A stretch of 64,000 bases of DNA from positions 372,001-436,000 of the forward strand of contig JAUFOQ010000004.1 of the NCBI GenBank assembly GCA_040285855.1, written 5' to 3'. A program made the position numbers and the translations under genes. Each line of letters opens with the position of its first letter. Positions within the stretch are counted from its first letter, which is position 1. The stretch is from Eukaryota sp. GEM-RC1 (lineage: Eukaryota). This document shows positions 38,996-49,567 of the stretch, in pieces. The notes under the pieces are model-generated. The model saw only the letters and a list, made by a program, of their open reading frames with translations. It searched no databases and was not told the origin of the DNA.

Positions 38996-39637
38996 ATGGC
39001 CCAACCTCCACCAGGCTTCGTAAATCCATATGGTCATAACTCTTATGCCACAAACCCTCATGCTTTTCAACCGCCAGCAGCATTTCCGACTCAACAGGTT
39101 GCTTACCAGCAAGTATCTCCTCATAATCATCTCTATATTGAAATGCTTAAACAGCGTTTTGACCAGATTGACACTGATAGAAGTGGATCAATTGGTTCAG
39201 CTGAATTAGTAGCAGCCTTCTCTACCAGGGAGAAAGTGTTCAGTACTCGTATCGCCAGACTTCTAATTCGAAGTTTCTCTACCAAAGGGGAAGTCTGCTT
39301 TGCTGAATTCGAACGTCTTGATGCTTTTGTTCATCGTATCCGCTCCGCCTTTGTCAAAGCTGATGTCAGCCGTACTGGTCATATATCCAAGGCTGAAATG
39401 AGGCTTGCTCTTCATGATTTAGGTTTTGGTCACCTTTCTAATATTACTTGTGCTAATTTGATTCGAGTTTTCGATGTAAGTAGAAGTGATAATATCAGTT
39501 ATGAATGCTTCGTTGAATTGTCTGCCTTATTGAATCTGTTGACAACTTTGTATTCTAGGTATGACAAGAATCCTGGTTCTGGAACAATTGAACTTACTTT
39601 TGAGCAGCTTATTTCATTTGCTTTGTTCATTCAGTGA
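38996..39637 (+). CDS. Penta-EF-hand protein (peflin/ALG-2/sorcin-like)
   Basis: P/G/Y/Q-rich N-terminus, FDQIDTDRSGSIGSAEL, ADVSRTGHISKAEM, GTIELTFEQLI. Confidence 0.9.
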   Translation: MAQPPPGFVNPYGHNSYATNPHAFQPPAAFPTQQVAYQQVSPHNHLYIEMLKQRFDQIDTDRSGSIGSAELVAAFSTREKVFSTRIARLLIRSFSTKGEVCFAEFERLDAFVHRIRSAFVKADVSRTGHISKAEMRLALHDLGFGHLSNITCANLIRVFDVSRSDNISYECFVELSALLNLLTTLYSRYDKNPGSGTIELTFEQLISFALFIQ

Positions 39638-39890
39638 TGTTATGGGGTGCACATTTTAGTGTTTTTTGTAGATGTTTGTTCAATATTTCTCAATTTCTTT
39701 TTAATTGTATATTTCCAACCCTTTAAACCTTTAAATGAAACTGACCATTTTTGCCATTATGATAAGCTACATCCACTTTCAATGTATCACAGCTGAGGAT
39801 AAAGCTGGTCACAAATAGTGCTGGGGTATTCACATACACCTATGAGTTATCAATTGCAAACGTGCTTTCAAACATCATTTGTCTGCTTAA

Positions 39891-40568
39891 ATGACTTTTG
39901 ATATTGACTGGACTCGGTTGAGTTCCAACTTACGTTCTTGTTTTGATCAAATGATGAACAATGAAGTGTCTGAGATTCTGCTAGATGGCAACTCCATTGG
40001 TCCTCAAGGTGCTATAGCAATTGCGAAGGCATTGAGCGTTAATACGTCGGTTTCTTTGATCCAACTGGAACTCAACTCTATCGCAAGCAGAGGTGTTATA
40101 GCAATTGCAGATGCTCTCAAGGATAATTCTTCTCTGTCTAAGATCTATTTGGGCGCCAACTCACTCGGAGATGAAGGAGCGATAGCAATTGCTGCTGCTT
40201 TAAAGGTTAATACATCAATTTCTGAAGTCGATCTCAGTGGCAACTACATCGGTCCTAAAGGAGCTAAAGCCATTGCAGACGCTTTGAAGGTGAATACGTG
40301 TGTTTCTGTGGTCGATCTTTGTTACAATTCTATTGGTCCTAAAGGAGCTAAAGCCATTGCAGACGCTTTGAAAGTGAATACGTGTGTCTCGAAGCTCCTT
40401 TTAAGGGACAATTCTATTGGTCCAAAAGGTTCGGTAGCGATAGCAGACGCTTTAAAGCTTAGACCTTCAGTGACTCAGATCGATTTAGGCGGTAATTCCA
40501 TTGGTCCTAAAGGTGCTAGAGCAATTGCAGAAGCTGCGGAGGTTAACTCAATGATATCGTTGATCTAA
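39891..40568 (+). CDS. RNI-like leucine-rich repeat protein (28-aa repeats)
   Basis: About 7 repeats of LxxNSIGPKGAKAIADALKVNTxVSxIx. Confidence 0.9.
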   Translation: MTFDIDWTRLSSNLRSCFDQMMNNEVSEILLDGNSIGPQGAIAIAKALSVNTSVSLIQLELNSIASRGVIAIADALKDNSSLSKIYLGANSLGDEGAIAIAAALKVNTSISEVDLSGNYIGPKGAKAIADALKVNTCVSVVDLCYNSIGPKGAKAIADALKVNTCVSKLLLRDNSIGPKGSVAIADALKLRPSVTQIDLGGNSIGPKGARAIAEAAEVNSMISLI

Positions 40569-41275
40569 TGCCCCAACATACACTTTGTACAATCCAACTG
40601 TATTTAGGTTCTGGGAGGTGGAGAATTTCTTTCTACATCTAGATGTATCGAAAATATAATGATATCACTGCTTTTAACAAGTGTATGTGATCACAGTATC
40701 CGTTATTGTTCATTATGGACAGCGACAAGTGTTAATTGTAGGAATTGGGCCAATTAGAATTTTCTATCACATTCGATATTTCTTTCTGCATGTACAAATG
40801 TAATCCAGTGTTTTTTTGAATAGAATACAGAACTTTAAGCAAGTACTCTATTGAATACCGGTACGTCTAATTTCGAACTGACGTGTTTTTCTTCGCGTTG
40901 AGTGTTCAATACGATGCAGCATACTTGGAAAATACAGCCACTCCCCTGACAAAAATACATAATTTGTATTTTCCACGTATGATATGCAACATTCTGACCT
41001 CCGATTCTTTCTTTTGCAGTACACAATTTAAATATTTGTAAACTGTCAAATCCCAACGAAGAATTACCTCAATAGCTCTGTTATGTATCAACGTATTAAC
41101 TCAATACATCACATTTACGTTGGCGATACTACTGTTGTTACTTAATGAACAACTGTAATGTTTAATATTCATTTGTGTGCAGACCAAATGACTGTGGGAA
41201 ACAATTGTGCTGCAGTAACTTGGACTCATTAAGATATATAAAACAAATACCATATGACCATATTTTTTTGTTACG

Positions 41276-44200
41276 ATGTCTTGGCGAGATCATTACAAAG
41301 AAAACCAAGATTGGGAATATACTGAAAGAAGATTAATTAGAGTTCATGCAATCTACACTGATCAACAAATCATCATGATCTCTGTCATTATTGCAAAATT
41401 GCAATCCAATGGTGAATTACAATTTGACAACTCAATCGTCCTTTACACTGACTACAACTATAAAATCAAATTCAGTGAATCAGAAACACCAGCTTTTAAA
41501 TTAGATTTTTTGGACTTCCCAAATGAAAACGAATTATTGGTTACGACGCTAATATTGTTAATCAATATAAACCAAAAGCTTTTATTGGACATAATATTTT
41601 CAATTTTGATTTGCCCATAATTGACAATAGAATGTGGGCTCTTGACCTTCCTCTTTTAACAAATCCAAATCCAATTGAGTTACCTTTACATAGTAGATGG
41701 CTGGATATCATAAAAGATCACAATGGTTTTACAGTTTTGGATACCTTCTTGTTTGCAAAAAAGCATATTGGTCTCAAGTATGGTTGTAGTCTAGCCAATT
41801 TATTTTGGAATTTACTTTCTGAACCCAAATTGAAATTGGATAAAGACTTGGATCACTTACTCCCAGTTGATTGTTTAAGAAATGATAAAAGAATGAAAAT
41901 TTTAATCAACTACTGCCTTCATGATTCAATGTTGGCGATTAAATTGTTTATTTTACTTCAGAAAGACAAAATTGTTTTTCAATCATGGGCTTCTATTAAA
42001 ACTTCAGTTGTTAACTACTGCCTTCATGATTCAATGTTGGCGTTGAAATTGTTTACTTCATTTCAGAAAGACAAATCTGTTTTTCAATCATGGGCTTCTA
42101 TTAAAACTTCAGTTGTTTGTGTGGTAAAACATCAAGAAGTTCAAGATGCAATGCTTTTAGGATCTCAGTTCTACAATGCGTTAAGACAACAGACTACAAT
42201 GTGTGTTAAAGAATATCTGTTGGCTGGCTATCGTCTTGGACAAGATTTGTCTAAGTTTGATTACAAGTTGTTTTATCATACAATGCTTTCAATTAGAAAT
42301 CTTTCATCTGAAGTTCATGGATTCAAAATTTACAACAATTATCCTATATCAACAATTGATACAGATCTTCGTGATTTTGTTGCTGGAGAAGGAATCTATA
42401 CTGCCAATTCAAACTATCCTGGATATAAGCACTGTGTTACTGATAAATTTGGCCAATGTCATATACCAGAACTTGATTTTGATCATATCAGTAGAGCTTT
42501 TGAATACACTACTCAGTATGAAATGTGGCCTGCGTTTGAACTAAATATTCGTCGCAATTATGAGTTATACATTAAAAGATTAATCAATACAGTAATGGGT
42601 AAGAAACAGTTTGAAAAGGGAATGAAGAAGAAACGTAATTTAGTTTTAGGTCCAGAACTTGCAGGACTAACAGGTCGTGAAGCTCAAAAGTTCACTAGTT
42701 ACTTCAGATTTCGCTTAAAGATATTGAAAGACCAGATTTTGTATCGACCTAGACATGAAGCCTTACAGTATATTAATTCTTTTAACTCTGCCACTCACCC
42801 AGAAAATGTTAAATTTATTGATGAAGTTTCCAAAGTTTTTGATGATGATTTCAGTATGTTAATATTTGAACAGGTTAATTCTCTAATGGCTGATAAAATT
42901 CCAGAATTACTTCAAAGATTTAACATCATATTTCCTGCTACAATCACTACTAACGACAATGAAACTGTAGACGTTCATGATTTACTTTACACAATTCAGG
43001 AGTATCCACTTCATTTTCTAAGAAATTCTCTGCAAATCTCAGATTACTTGGAATCAAAGGGTGCTAAGTTGTATAATGTAATTCCTCTAAGTTTAGAGAA
43101 TACTCATTGTTTTTTCCCAATAGACACTAGAACTCTTTGGGGACTGGCTAAGCACTGTTTTGGATATAAGAATAATGATAAGAAGATTGGTCCTTTACAT
43201 TCAAAAGTGACTAATTACATGTCTGCTTATCAGATTAAAAACTTGACCCATTCTCAACAACAGGATTACTGGAAAAGATGGTTTAACTATGATAACAGAA
43301 GTGTTGACAAAGCCAATTTTGAATTCAACAACTATGCTGTAACTGATGGAATTTCGATTTGTTTTCAATTTGTGAGAAAGGATTTGAAAGGAATGAAATG
43401 TAAACCTGATTCAAGTAAAGCTTCAGTAAAAGTGCAGTATTTCAATGAATGTGATAGGTCTGATTTTATTTCTAAACAAATGGTTTATGTGGACATTGGA
43501 AAAGAGATATGCTACAACTTGCATCTAAATCAAATAGGGAAACTCAAAATCCTCTAAAGAAATACAATTTCTCACGATTGACATATGCTGAGTGGTCTAG
43601 AGTTTCAAGAAAGCATAAAAGAATCCACCAGTACCTTGTTAGAAGGAGATCAGGTACTACTACCGTGAGAGCAGGTGATGATATTCCAATAACTGTGACA
43701 ATGAAAATTGAGAAATGGAACACTTGGTTAAGTGAAGAACAGAATTCTAAAACTGTTAATTACAGTAAATTTAGAAAGTTTATTCTGGCTGAATGCATTC
43801 ACTACAATGCAACTAAAGACTTCTATGCTTTGCATATATGGAGGATTCACAAAATCCAAAATCATGTCCATAAGCAAAAGACAGAGTCTAAATTGGTTAA
43901 CAGCATTGTAAAAACTTTCGGTAGTCGTGACGAAATTGTACTATGTATTGGTGATTTAGGTCAGAAGCCAATCACCAACTTAAAACACAGTCGACCATCG
44001 AGAACTAAGACTTGGACTTCATTCTTTCAGAGAAACGGTTTTTTAACAGTTATGAATGATGAGAGAAACACTTCGTCCAAGTGTCCAGAATGTAATGAAG
44101 ATGTTTTTGAAACTTCTATTGAGGTTGCCAACCCAAAGCCCAAATCAAGAGAGAAGAGAGAATGGATTCACCCCCATGGCTTACTAGAGTGTAAGAGCAA

Positions 44201-44373
44201 ACATTGTCTGGGAGAAGTCAAGAAACGATTGAAAGGGGAAAAAGAAAGGGCATACAGTGCCCAGTCAAATGTATTGGAATCGAAACAAGATGGCTTGTTT
44301 GAACATGATGAACATGTTTGAACACTGGATGAATGGTAGTGATGATAGAGTAGAGTATTTGTGTAGAAATTAG
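41276..44373 (+). CDS. Fanzor1 (TnpB-like RNA-guided nuclease) fused to an N-terminal PolB-type 3'-5' exonuclease domain, about 1030 aa reconstructed across three frameshifts (near 41542, 43502, 44238)
   Basis: Exonuclease: DQQIIMIS, FPNENELL, PKAFIGHNIFNFDLPIIDNR, LDTFLFAKK..LKYGCSL, NYCLHDSMLAIKLF. Fanzor: SIKTSV, FFPIDTRTL, TDGISICFQF, RuvC-I VDIG (D 43492), IGD, RuvC-II NDERNTS (E 44061), CxxC...HGLLECxxxxC, RuvC-III WNRN (44275-44286), terminal RVEYLCRN*. Confidence 0.85.
41908..42117 (+). repeat. In-frame 105-bp tandem duplication (35 aa x2) at the exonuclease/Fanzor junction
   Basis: 41908-42012 and 42013-42117 encode NYCLHDSMLAIKLFILLQKDKIVFQSWASIKTSVV and NYCLHDSMLALKLFTSFQKDKSVFQSWASIKTSVV. 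Confidence 0.95.
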
Positions 44374-44465
44374 CTTTATTTTTGTTAGCTGGCTGGTGAA
44401 ACCCGGCCATATTTGGTTAAGTCCATAAATCAAAAGAAAGTGTTCAAAAGAATCAAAAGGGAGGA
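44374..44465 (+). ncRNA. Candidate Fanzor omegaRNA (scaffold plus guide); boundaries uncertain
   Basis: Lies immediately 3' of the Fanzor stop. GC-rich hairpin tggctgg-tgaaac-ccggcca at 44390-44409 in AT-rich context; same sequence in copy 2 (21637-21656). Confidence 0.45.
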
Positions 44466-44642
44466 TATAGGTGGTGGGTAGCAGGAATCTCTCAGCATGT
44501 ACTGTTACCATCCAGGCTTGAACGCAACATATCTCGGAGTGTGTCAGAATGTGCTAACGGTTGGAGATTTTTTTTTGAGGCGAACATAACCACCACTCCA
44601 TCTTCAGAAACCGTACACAAAAGAACCTCACAGTTATCCTCT

Positions 44643-44690
44643 TGGAACTGTAAAGGTATCAAATCGAAAGTTGATACCTTTACAGTTCCA
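44643..44690. repeat. Perfect 20-bp inverted repeat with 8-nt loop (also 21357-21404)
   Basis: tggaactgtaaaggtatcaa-atcgaaag-ttgatacctttacagttcca. Confidence 0.95.
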
Positions 44691-45136
44691 TCTCGATTTA
44701 GTATTTCACGCATTAACATAGCCGTGTTTACGCATGTTTTGCCGACAATTACTAGTGATACTACATCAGAGTTTGACAACTCTTGATGTGTTTTTAATGG
44801 GTTTGATAAATATCAATCCTTAAGTTAAATGAATGAAACAATTAGTACTTAAATATACTGGATGTTCTACATCTACTCTTGAACCACAGTGGACTTTGAC
44901 TTGTAAACGATTCAAATACTTTGAAACACTTACTGTGTATTATGTAAGTGTTTCAAAACTGGACTGAAAATTCAATAATTGGCAATCAGTTAATTGCAGT
45001 ATTGACTGGTAGCTGTTTTTCAGCTCCAATTATTTGCCAATAACTGGGGTATTCTTCAAGCCATGGCTCAGCAAATTTTGGTCAGCAAAGTTGCTGTCAA
45101 TTATCCACAAACTGAATAACAGAAGCGAGAAACAAT

Positions 45137-45300
45137 TACGTGAAGATAGCCTTTGTACCAGCCATTAGGGTGGAAGTTGAACACCATTTTCGGTAGTGAA
45201 ATCTCTCTATGGATTACAGAGACACTCTCTTACTGACCGACACATGAACATATAGCTCTTTTTGAGATACAAGAGGTCTTTATGGGACATTAAGTACTTT
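45137..45300 (+). pseudogene. hAT transposase C-terminal dimerisation domain remnant
   Basis: YVKIAFVPAIRVEVEHHF, then after a shift VVKSLYGLQRHSLTDRHMNI*LFLRYKRSLWD, resembling IPxTSxxVERxFS...RxxL...LFLRxNxxLW. Confidence 0.6.
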
Positions 45301-46391
45301 AGAACACAATGCTCTACAAATGTCGTCGATGAAAGTCCGGACGAACAGTGAGAAATATTTTAGATTGTATTTAGAGATAATTCTAAAAGATCAACTTTGA
45401 ACGGTTTTTTTGTTATTTCGGTAACGAGTAATGATAATCTATTGAACAATTAATTGCAATAATTGAATGGAAGCTATTTTCCAAGTTTACATAATTGCCA
45501 ATTAAGAAATAATAAGAGCACTGCTTACATATAATTAAGTAACTATTCGGTTGTGCCAAAGAATAAAGATTCAAATTTATGCTTCAATCGCATGACATCA
45601 TTTCGAAAATTTGTTCAAAGAAAAACTGTGTCGTATTCTTATGTTTCTAGAGATAATTTTATAGAACATAGAATACAATAAGAACAATAACTACAATTTT
45701 GTAGCAAAACTGTAAAAAAATATTCATTGTCATTGAAACTCACAGAAACGTTTTGTTTACAGAAATAGAGCTACCAGAGCTTCCGAGATCATAACAGGAA
45801 TTGTTTTTAAAACTATTTTATTACAATTGTGAAAGTATATGTCATAAATTAACGAAATACAAACTACAGTATTAGTACTTAAAAAATATAAAATGATCTA
45901 CACCTACTAGTACTGTACTATTGAATCACGATACAATTTGTATACTATTCAAATACTTTGAAAACTTCTATACGATGAAAACACAATGCGATTGCGCCAA
46001 ATCGTTGGATTTCAGTTATTCCTTCAATCACGATAGAATTCTGAAAATGCATCAAAAATCTTCAGCAGCACCTTCAATATTACCAAGAATTGATACGGTA
46101 AAATCAGAGCATTTAGAGGAAGAATACTATTGGAAGTCATCTCCAGTTCTTCATTGTGTCAAAGTCCTTATCGATTTTTCTTCCTCCAGCTTTGGCAATT
46201 GATTACGGTTGCACTCGGAACAGAATTTTAATTCACTTTTGCACAAGGATCAACAGTTGTCCAATCTATCACTGCTTGACAAGAATCAAGATATGGAACA
46301 ATGAGATCACCTCGTCGGAATTGGTAATAATCTCATCACTGTAATGTTTAAGAAGAGGTTGTATTCCAGGTGACCACCCGGGTGGAAAATT

Positions 46392-46402
46392 TTCGAACAC
46401 TG
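46392..46402. repeat. Solo right TIR of the MITE family at 57410-57895
   Basis: gtggaaaattttcgaacactg versus gtgggaaatttcgaacactg at 57876-57895. Confidence 0.6.
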
Positions 46403-46735
46403 GTTGAAATAATATGTTGACCTTTTTTTGTTTCATTTGTTCATCATCTATTCTGAATTTGACTCTGTGAAATGCAATCAGTTCATAAACAAACGATCTC
46501 CCAAACCAAAAAAGTACGACTATCTCTATCTAATAGTCTGATATTACATCAAATCTGTGCTAAAAAAGCACTTGCAATGTGTGTTTGAAAAGTACACTAA
46601 AATACAGTCTGTATTTTAAAACTCACTTTTGAAAAATACATAAAATACAAAATACAGAAAATACAGAAATCTGTATTTTACAAGTATGTATCTAGGTTTT
46701 GGCTTGCTTTGCCTTCTGAGCCAACAGTTACTTAT

Positions 46736-47524
46736 ATGATTGACTCAAGACTCCTCTGTCTTTCCTCCACCATTCCTGATGCCTATCTTGTGACAGAGAA
46801 CTCTTCCAACATTCCGAAGTTGGCAAAATGTCTGATTCGAATGCAAACCTCATCGCCATCTATTTCAACCAATGGATTTCGATTGAAGTACGAACTCCAA
46901 CTCATTGATCGTATCATCTACAAAGCCAGGAATGCTCATCGCACGTGGACTTGCTTTCAAAAACTTCAAAGAATCCGTCAACTATCTCGCAAAATCTCTA
47001 TCCTAGATCCCATTGCTCTACGTGACTCTCTCCAAGCTCATCTCCAACTTCCTTCAACCAACGTTCCCCTTACTTCATTTCCACTACCTACAACTGATGC
47101 ACTGTATTTCACTCTATTCAAACTTTACCACCTTACTTATCTTCTCTCTGAACTTCGTTTGGCCTGCTTACTCTGTTCAGAAGCATTAACCCGCCAACTT
47201 CAAGTCAAACACATGGTTCATTTCCTGCTAGTAGTTCTATCTAGTATTAGCTCAGTGAGAAGTACCATTGATCCTGTTATTGAAAGTTTAGATGAAGTAT
47301 ATTCAAAAGTTCTTGCTTTTAAAAAGGTGTTGGCTTCTCCTACTACTAGTCAGTTTTCTTCTTATGTAATTAGAACTCTTTCCAGTCAACCTCCGTCGAA
47401 TCTTTATAAGCATTTGTTGGAGTTTGATAATTCACGGAATTTGTTTGCTGGTTTTTGTGATTTCATTAGTAAAAGGAACAAGTTGTCTTTACAGTCGGGT
47501 GATTATGGAGAGATTGTGGATTAG
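46736..47524 (+). CDS. Rmp1/Nepro-like (DUF4477) RNase MRP subunit candidate
   Basis: ELQLIDRIIYKARNAHRTWTCFQKLQRI and HMVHFLLVVLSSISSVR resemble DUF4477 motifs. Confidence 0.6.
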   Translation: MIDSRLLCLSSTIPDAYLVTENSSNIPKLAKCLIRMQTSSPSISTNGFRLKYELQLIDRIIYKARNAHRTWTCFQKLQRIRQLSRKISILDPIALRDSLQAHLQLPSTNVPLTSFPLPTTDALYFTLFKLYHLTYLLSELRLACLLCSEALTRQLQVKHMVHFLLVVLSSISSVRSTIDPVIESLDEVYSKVLAFKKVLASPTTSQFSSYVIRTLSSQPPSNLYKHLLEFDNSRNLFAGFCDFISKRNKLSLQSGDYGEIVD

Positions 47525-48193
47525 GGCTCAATCATTTATGATGGTCATTTTCTGAATTTGTCGTTTTTTCAAATATTGTACAATTTTATTGAAACATTTG
47601 ATCATTCCACAATTGTTGCAGTTTCCTCAAAGACTTTTCAAATATCCAAGAATTTCTACTCATCATTTCCTTGGAACAATCACAACTTTGACTCTGCTGA
47701 TCTTTTTGGCATTAATATGATTCTAATATTTTCTAATGTTACTTTTTTTTATAAGATATATAGACTCTTGCAGATAACGTCAGTTGACTCAACATGTGAC
47801 TTAACTGCCAACAGACTGCCTTGTTTGTAACAAATCTGTTTCATAAATTTTCAGTGGCTTTGAATGTAACATGAACTAATTATACGTAAGTATGGTGAAT
47901 GATTCGAACTAAAATTTGATATCACTATAACAACTCCCATCACTATCAAGTCTTACAACAGCTTTATCCTCATAAAAGGAACTGACAGCGAGTACAGCTT
48001 TGGAGATGATTAGGGGAATTGTTTTAAAAACAGTTAATATTGCAATAATGCAATTATTAACCGGTGTTACAATAAATATTGATCGAAATACATATTGGAG
48101 CACTCTTGATTGCAATATTGGAAAAGCATGCATTTTCTTGTGTGTGCATGCGGTCTAGGTTGTTTTTAATTTTCTTTCCCACTATTGTGCAAA

Positions 48194-49402
48194 ATGACTG
48201 GATTCAGAGACCTCAACTCTCCCAGAGCTGTGGAAGAAATCAAATGTCTACATCTCCTATTTCCCAATCATCCTCTGCATGAGATCACGGCGGAGTATCA
48301 AGCATCTGATTCCTTCGCTGAAGCCCACAACACTCTTTTAGAAGACTGTCCCACCACATGTGACATCTGTAGTGTTTATATTAAAGAAGGAACTGATCAC
48401 TCATGTGGACCAGAAACAGTGGATAGCGATAAGGTTCAAGCTTATATGCAGGGCAGGGAGCCTCCGATTCCTTCAGCGGAACCCGAGCCATCCTCTACTT
48501 TGGACACTTCTCTGAGTTCAACTAAAACCTCAGAATCTCTTCCTGAAAAAACGAATCAACTGGACGTAAACATCCATGTATCACCTTCATCTGTCGTTCA
48601 ACCAAATCCATTCATCAGTGTCACTCAATCCTTTAATGATGACTCGCAACCACCCCCACAATCTCATACAATTGACTCTACAGGCATACCTTACTCTCTT
48701 GATTCAGAAGAAGAAGATGAACAGGACTCACAACAATCCACTGACTCTGATTCCTCCTCTTCTGAACAACCAAACGAACCACATAACTCCCCACTTACTG
48801 CCAACGTTGTCAGGATACCTGAATCGTATGAATCTTCGAATGATCATGAGAATAACAAAAACACTGATCACGTCATCATACAGAAACCCCCCGTCAATGA
48901 GGAAGAGTTTAGCAAAGAACTAATCTCTTTTGGAGAACAGAATCAGTCAAGACTATTGTTACTTCATGAATTTTTGAATGAACTTCTGCATACTCTATAT
49001 CACTTAATCTCGACTCAATGTCAGTCTTCTAACTACATTTCTATAGATTCCACAGAGTTTTCCCTTCGGAAGTTCTGTAGTTTACCAAACACAACACCAG
49101 AATCAGTATATCTAGTTGACCTCTACTCTCTCATGGTTGTTCGTAACATACTACTGAGCTATTGTGAAAGGTTTTCCTTCCAGGAGAATCTAGGTCAAAA
49201 TGTGTACAGATCTTTACTTGCATTCACACACTTTCTTAGCCGGAGGATACACGCAGAGGTTCAGGTTGGAGACTTGCTTTCAGTGGAAGCTGGAATTTAC
49301 CTGCTTACCGGTACAAGTACCTCTGCTCATATTCTTCAAGCCATGGGCCATCAAGTAATACCGGAAACGTCATCAGATGATGTTATCTTTTTGAAGGAAT
49401 AA
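48194..49402 (+). CDS. Hypothetical protein with N-terminal Cys/His motif and S/D/E/P-rich disordered middle
   Basis: Open frame of about 400 aa; CPTTCDIC...HSC; no family recognised. Confidence 0.6.
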   Translation: MTGFRDLNSPRAVEEIKCLHLLFPNHPLHEITAEYQASDSFAEAHNTLLEDCPTTCDICSVYIKEGTDHSCGPETVDSDKVQAYMQGREPPIPSAEPEPSSTLDTSLSSTKTSESLPEKTNQLDVNIHVSPSSVVQPNPFISVTQSFNDDSQPPPQSHTIDSTGIPYSLDSEEEDEQDSQQSTDSDSSSSEQPNEPHNSPLTANVVRIPESYESSNDHENNKNTDHVIIQKPPVNEEEFSKELISFGEQNQSRLLLLHEFLNELLHTLYHLISTQCQSSNYISIDSTEFSLRKFCSLPNTTPESVYLVDLYSLMVVRNILLSYCERFSFQENLGQNVYRSLLAFTHFLSRRIHAEVQVGDLLSVEAGIYLLTGTSTSAHILQAMGHQVIPETSSDDVIFLKE

Positions 49403-49567
49403 ATATCATGAATTAGAAACTGTTGGATTATCGATACATTGATTTAATACTTTGATTGAAACAAAATCAGTCATTCATGAAGTTCAGAAATCTAACAGGA
49501 GAAATAGAAAACAGACACAAAATACACCTTTAATGGAAGATTCTTTGTTTGAAAAAATACTCTGTTT

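Larger units (their letters stand above)
40879..44447 (+). mobile_element. Fanzor1-bearing element; shared unit with copy 2 extends further, to 46366
   Basis: Left boundary is where homology with copy 2 starts (tgacgtgtttt). The provisional right boundary (agtgttcaa) is where MADS-derived sequence begins. No TIR, TSD or transposase was recognised. Confidence 0.65.

Noticed and set aside
44636..44672. SWNCKGIKSK resembling the LINE APE endonuclease start
   Set aside because: No further APE motifs follow; the peptide straddles the MADS-derived sequence and a hairpin arm.
40879..46366. TIRs, TSD or Helitron ends for the Fanzor element
   Set aside because: The ends are not inverted repeats and the flanks of the two copies show no duplication. 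Only a short gtgttcaa recurs near both ends, which is insufficient.
46595..46685. aaatacag repeat cluster
   Set aside because: Possibly a MITE end, but no boundaries could be defined.
47560..48070. Further minus-strand retrotransposon remnant
   Set aside because: Motif similarity is too weak to call by eye.
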